Shown: piece by piece, positions 60,325 to 64,000 of the stretch
Layout of the letters: the number at the start of each line of letters is the position of its first letter
Numbering within the stretch: the first letter of the stretch is position 1
Assembly: GCA_964525715.1 (NCBI GenBank)
Contig: CAZGJV010000010.1
Location: 18,567 to 82,566, forward strand
Direction: 5' to 3'
Length of the DNA: 64,000 bases
From: an uncultured Conexibacter sp.
Lineage (GTDB): Bacteria; Actinomycetota; Thermoleophilia; Solirubrobacterales; Solirubrobacteraceae
Position numbers and translations under genes: made by a program
The notes under the pieces: model-generated
What the model was told of the DNA's origin: nothing
What the model saw: only the letters and a program-made list of their open reading frames with translations
The model's database searches: none

Positions 60325-62235
60325 ATGCTCGCCAAGCTCCGCGCTCCAGGCTGGTACCGCGCAGGCCTGTTCGTCGCGCTCGCGTTCGCGTTCGCGTACG
60401 CGGTCGTCGGGGTCGCGCGGACGGCGATGCACTTCCCGAACGCGTGGAGCGACGGCGACGCGATCACGATCGTCTCGCTGCTCGCGGTCCCGCTCTTCTT
60501 CCTCGTCGGCCTCGGCTGCTTCGACTACTGGTTCTACTGGGTCTCCGGCCGCCCGACGCGGCCCGAGGACCACTCCTCGCACGGCGCGACGTCGTGGAAG
60601 GACTACTTCCGCGTCAACACCGATCACAAGGTGATCGGGATCCAGTACATCTGCGTCTCGGTCTTCTTCCTGTTCGTCGGCGGCCTGATGGCGATGCTGA
60701 TGCGCGCCGAGCTCGCGCAGCCCGGCATGCAGTTCGTCAGCAGCGAGCAGTTCAACGGACTCTTCTCGGTGCACGCGGCGCTGCTGATCTTCCTGTTCGT
60801 GATCCCGATCTTCGCCGGCATCGCGAACTTCGTGCTGCCGCTGATGATCGGCGCGCCGGACATGGCGTTCCCGCGCCTCAACGCGCTGTCGTTCTGGATG
60901 CTGCCGATGGCCGGCCTGCTGATGGTGGCGAGCTTCCTCGCCCCCGGCGGCTCGTTCGCGACCGGCTGGACGGCCTACGCGCCGCTCTCGACGACGATGC
61001 CGCTCGGGCAGCTGTTCTTCACGATCGGCGTGCAGTTCGCGGGCGCCTCCTCGATCGCGACCGCGCTGAACTTCCTGGTGACCATCATCACGATGCGCGC
61101 GCCGGGCATGAGCTTCTTCCGCATGCCGCTGCTCGTGTGGGCGAACTTCTCGACCTCGCTGCTGGTCGTGATCGCGACGCCGTTCATCGCCGCCTCGCAG
61201 TTCTTCGTGCTGCTCGACCGCGCGCTCGGCTTCCAGTTCTTCAACGCGTTCGTCGGCGCCGGCAAGGACGGGAGCGTGCTGATGTACCAGCACGTCTTCT
61301 GGTTCTACTCCCACCCGGCCGTCTACATCATGATGCTGCCGGGCTTCGGGATCATCAGCGAGATCATCTCGGTCAAGTCGCGCAAGCCGATCTTCGGCTA
61401 CCGCATGATGGCGTTCTCGCTGATCGCGATCGTGATCCTCGGCTTCACCGTGTGGGCGCACCACATGTTCGTCTCCGGAATGCAGAGCTGGATCCGCATC
61501 CCGATGATGATCACGACGGCGATCATCGCCGTGCCGACCGGGATCAAGATCTTCTCGTGGCTGGCGACGCTGTGGCGGGGCGTGCTGCATCTCGACACGC
61601 CGATGCTGTTCGCGCTCGGCTTCCTGACGACGTTCACGCTCGGCGGCATCAGCGGCGTGATGCTCGCGATGGTGCCGTTCGACATCCACGTCTCGGACAC
61701 GTACTTCATCGTCGCCCACATCCACTACGTGCTGTTCGGCGGCTCGCTGTTCACGATCTTCGCCGGGCTGTACTACTGGTTCCCGAAGATGACCGGGCGG
61801 ATGTACGACGAGCGCCTGGGGAAGATCCACTTCTGGTGCACGTTCGTCTTCTTCAACCTGACGTTCGGGCCGATGCACGTGATCGGCATCCAGGGCATGC
61901 CGCGCCGCGTCGCGGACTACGCCCAGCAGTTCGCGGGCATGAACCTGGCGATCTCGATCGCGAGCTTCGCGCTCGGCCTGAGCATGCTGGTGTTCCTCTA
62001 CAACATGGTCGTGAGCTGGCGCCTCGGGCCGCGCGCCGCGGCCAACCCGTGGCGCGCGCTGACGCTCGAGTGGCAGGTCTCCTCGCCACCCCCGATCTTC
62101 AACTTCGACGCGGTGCCGACGGTGGTGGGCGGTCCCTACGAGTACGGGATCCCCGGCGCGGTCCACGGCATCTTCCAGTCACCGGCAGAGGCGAAGCCGG
62201 TCGGCAGCGTCGCGACATCACCGACCACGGAGTGA
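60325..62235 (+). CDS. ctaD: Cytochrome c oxidase subunit I, A2-type with an N-terminal TM extension (module 2)
   Basis: TDHKVIG, DMAFPRLN, WFYSHPAVY, WAHHMF, AHIHY, GMPRR; RBS GGAGG before ATG 60325. Confidence 0.95.
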   Translation: MLAKLRAPGWYRAGLFVALAFAFAYAVVGVARTAMHFPNAWSDGDAITIVSLLAVPLFFLVGLGCFDYWFYWVSGRPTRPEDHSSHGATSWKDYFRVNTDHKVIGIQYICVSVFFLFVGGLMAMLMRAELAQPGMQFVSSEQFNGLFSVHAALLIFLFVIPIFAGIANFVLPLMIGAPDMAFPRLNALSFWMLPMAGLLMVASFLAPGGSFATGWTAYAPLSTTMPLGQLFFTIGVQFAGASSIATALNFLVTIITMRAPGMSFFRMPLLVWANFSTSLLVVIATPFIAASQFFVLLDRALGFQFFNAFVGAGKDGSVLMYQHVFWFYSHPAVYIMMLPGFGIISEIISVKSRKPIFGYRMMAFSLIAIVILGFTVWAHHMFVSGMQSWIRIPMMITTAIIAVPTGIKIFSWLATLWRGVLHLDTPMLFALGFLTTFTLGGISGVMLAMVPFDIHVSDTYFIVAHIHYVLFGGSLFTIFAGLYYWFPKMTGRMYDERLGKIHFWCTFVFFNLTFGPMHVIGIQGMPRRVADYAQQFAGMNLAISIASFALGLSMLVFLYNMVVSWRLGPRAAANPWRALTLEWQVSSPPPIFNFDAVPTVVGGPYEYGIPGAVHGIFQSPAEAKPVGSVATSPTTE

Positions 62236-62245
62236 GGTGAAGCGC

Positions 62246-63094
62246 ATGGCCAACGTCCTCGTCGTCGCGAACGACACCCATGGCGGACGCAGCCTGATCG
62301 AGGCGATCAAGGCGCGTGCCGCGAGAGGCGATGCGCGCTTCGTCGTGATCGCACCGCAGAACAAGCCGCAGTCGGGCCTCGTGATCTACGACGAGGCGGT
62401 GCGCGACGCAGCTCAGAACCGCGTCGAGCTGACGCTGTCGGCGCTGCGCGACCTCGGGATCGAGGCGCGCGGCGACGTGATGGACCCCGACCCGTTCAAC
62501 GCGACGCTCGACGCCGTGCGCGAGTACGGGATCGACGAGATCATCATCTCGACCCACCCCGAGACGCGCTCCGGCTGGATGCGCCGCGACCTGATCGAGC
62601 GCGTGCAGGAGGCGACGAGCCTGCCCGTCGAGCACGTCGTCGTCGACCTCGACGCCGATCGCGCGGAGGCCGACCAGACGCTCGTGATCGCGAACCAGAC
62701 GGCCGGCGGCGAGCCGCTGTTCGCAGAGCTCAAGCGGCGTGCGTCCGACGGGCACCACCGCTTCACCGTGATCGTGCCGCAGGACGGCGGCGACGGCCAC
62801 CACGCCGCAGAGGCGCGCGAGCGCCTGAAGGCGCTGCTGGCGCGGCTGCACAGCGAGGGCATCCCGGCGACCGGCGGCATCGGCGACCCCGACCCGTACA
62901 CCGCGGTGATGAACGCGCTGCAGTTCTACCGCGTCGACGAGATCGTCATATCGACGCTGCCGAGAATGCGCTCGCGCTGGCTGCGCAGCGACCTCGTCGA
63001 GCGCGTCAAGCGCGCCACCGCCTGCCCCGTCGAGCACGTCGTCGTCGACCTCGCCGGGGCGGACGCCGGCGACAGCGGAGCGCAGGCCGCCTGA
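62246..63094 (+). CDS. Tandem USP-like domain protein
   Basis: Two homologous halves (VLVVAN.T.GG..L, DPDP..A, DEI.IST.P..SGW/SRW.R.DL.ERV, PVEHVVVDL). Start is ATG 62246 or GTG 62237. Confidence 0.78.
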   Translation: MANVLVVANDTHGGRSLIEAIKARAARGDARFVVIAPQNKPQSGLVIYDEAVRDAAQNRVELTLSALRDLGIEARGDVMDPDPFNATLDAVREYGIDEIIISTHPETRSGWMRRDLIERVQEATSLPVEHVVVDLDADRAEADQTLVIANQTAGGEPLFAELKRRASDGHHRFTVIVPQDGGDGHHAAEARERLKALLARLHSEGIPATGGIGDPDPYTAVMNALQFYRVDEIVISTLPRMRSRWLRSDLVERVKRATACPVEHVVVDLAGADAGDSGAQAA

Positions 63095-63726
63095 TGGAGG
63101 CCTCGGCGGCATCCCTGCACTCCGGCGCCGGCGCTCACGCCGAGGAGCACGAGCACCACGGCCCGCCGGAGGCGCATCGCAGCTCACGCGTCGAGCCCCA
63201 GCTGCTGGGGATGCTGCTGTTCATCATCTCCGAGGTGATGGTCTTCGGGGCCTTCTTCACGGCCTACTTCTTCATCCGGGTCGTGAACGACAACCCATGG
63301 CCGGCCGCCGGCACCGAGCTGCCGAAGCTGATCGCCGGCTTCAACACCGCCATCCTGCTGTCCTCCTCGGTCACGCTCCACTGGGCGCTCGAGTCGGTCA
63401 AGCGCGGCAACCGCTTCGGCCTCAAAGCCGGGATGCTGACGACGTTCTTCCTCGGCGCGACGTTCCTGTTCGTGCAGGTCAACGAGTACATCCACATCGG
63501 CTTCGCACCGCACAACAGCGCGCAGGCGTCGATCTTCTTCGGCCTCACCGGCCTGCACGGCGCGCACGTCTTCATCGGCCTGTGCCTGCTCGCGATGGTC
63601 ACCGTGCGGGCGTTCCGCGGGCACTTCTCGCCCGAGGAGCACCGCGGCGTCGAGGTGCCGGGCATCTACTGGCACTTCGTCGACGTGATGTGGGTGATCG
63701 TCTACACGACCGTCTACCTCCTCTAG
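63094..63726 (+). CDS. ctaE: Cytochrome c oxidase subunit III
   Basis: LGMLLFIISEVMVFGAFF, NTAILLSSS, TGLHGAHV, YWHFVDVMW. Confidence 0.95.
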   Translation: MEASAASLHSGAGAHAEEHEHHGPPEAHRSSRVEPQLLGMLLFIISEVMVFGAFFTAYFFIRVVNDNPWPAAGTELPKLIAGFNTAILLSSSVTLHWALESVKRGNRFGLKAGMLTTFFLGATFLFVQVNEYIHIGFAPHNSAQASIFFGLTGLHGAHVFIGLCLLAMVTVRAFRGHFSPEEHRGVEVPGIYWHFVDVMWVIVYTTVYLL

Positions 63727-63837
63727 ATGCTCAATCCGCTGCGCTCCGAGCAGGAGGCGTTCCGGTTCCTGCTGTACGTCGCCGGGATCGTGATCGCGAT
63801 CACGGCCGTCGTGCTCGTCGTGCGCGCGCTGACGTGA
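63727..63837 (+). CDS. 36-aa single-TM protein (missing from the ORF track)
   Basis: MLNPLRSEQEAFRFLLYVAGIVIAITAVVLVVRALT*, directly after the cox3 stop. Confidence 0.65.
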   Translation: MLNPLRSEQEAFRFLLYVAGIVIAITAVVLVVRALT

Positions 63838-63878
63838 GCGCCGCACGCGTCCCGCGCGCGCGGGACGATTGAGCGACG

Positions 63879-64000
63879 ATGACGCTCGTGTCCTTCGATC
63901 CCGTGATCGCGGCGATGCTGCTGCTCACGGGCGGCCTGTACGTGCGCGCGCTGCGCGTCCTGCGCGGCCGGCACCTGCACGTCTCGACCTGGCAGCAGAC
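63879..64000 (+). CDS. Probable caa3-type cytochrome c oxidase assembly factor (CtaG-like), 3' truncated
   Basis: MTLVSFDPVIAAMLLLTGGLYVRALRVLRGR...WQQ resembles CtaG N-termini and fits the locus. Confidence 0.6.
   Translation, partial: MTLVSFDPVIAAMLLLTGGLYVRALRVLRGRHLHVSTWQQ

Overview
Very GC-rich actinobacterial DNA, most consistent with Thermoleophilia/Solirubrobacterales (Conexibacter-like; inferred from gene content and codon style, not from a marker gene). Contents in order: (1) an MFS transporter, typA and a cation:proton antiporter. (2) A four-gene polysaccharide operon (4.5-11.1 kb): NDP-sugar dehydrogenase, hyaluronan-synthase-like GT2, glmS and a secreted Fn3/GH18 protein. (3) A flavin monooxygenase, an aldehyde dehydrogenase with DUF779, and a hydrolase. 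(4) A ~20 kb non-collinear NRPS cluster (16.0-35.6 kb) ending next to the 3' end of tRNA-Pro(TGG). It has a B12 glutamate mutase pair, an MbtH-A-T-C protein resembling the 3-methylaspartate-activating SlgN1, two carrier-less A enzymes (Thr-like and His-like codes), a stand-alone C domain, a T-C-T-C-A-T protein with a visible A-domain deletion scar, a HemN-like radical SAM enzyme, a tRNA-binding OB-fold protein and an MFS exporter, but no thioesterase. (5) Housekeeping, sulfur and fatty-acid genes, an R2lox-SCP2 fusion and trxB. (6) Two tandem cytochrome c oxidase modules (A1-type, then A2/caa3-type). Host genes also use AGA unexpectedly often, at positions where the families usually have Lys, which raises the possibility of a codon reassignment. 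All protein calls come from motif recognition by eye; no searches were run.
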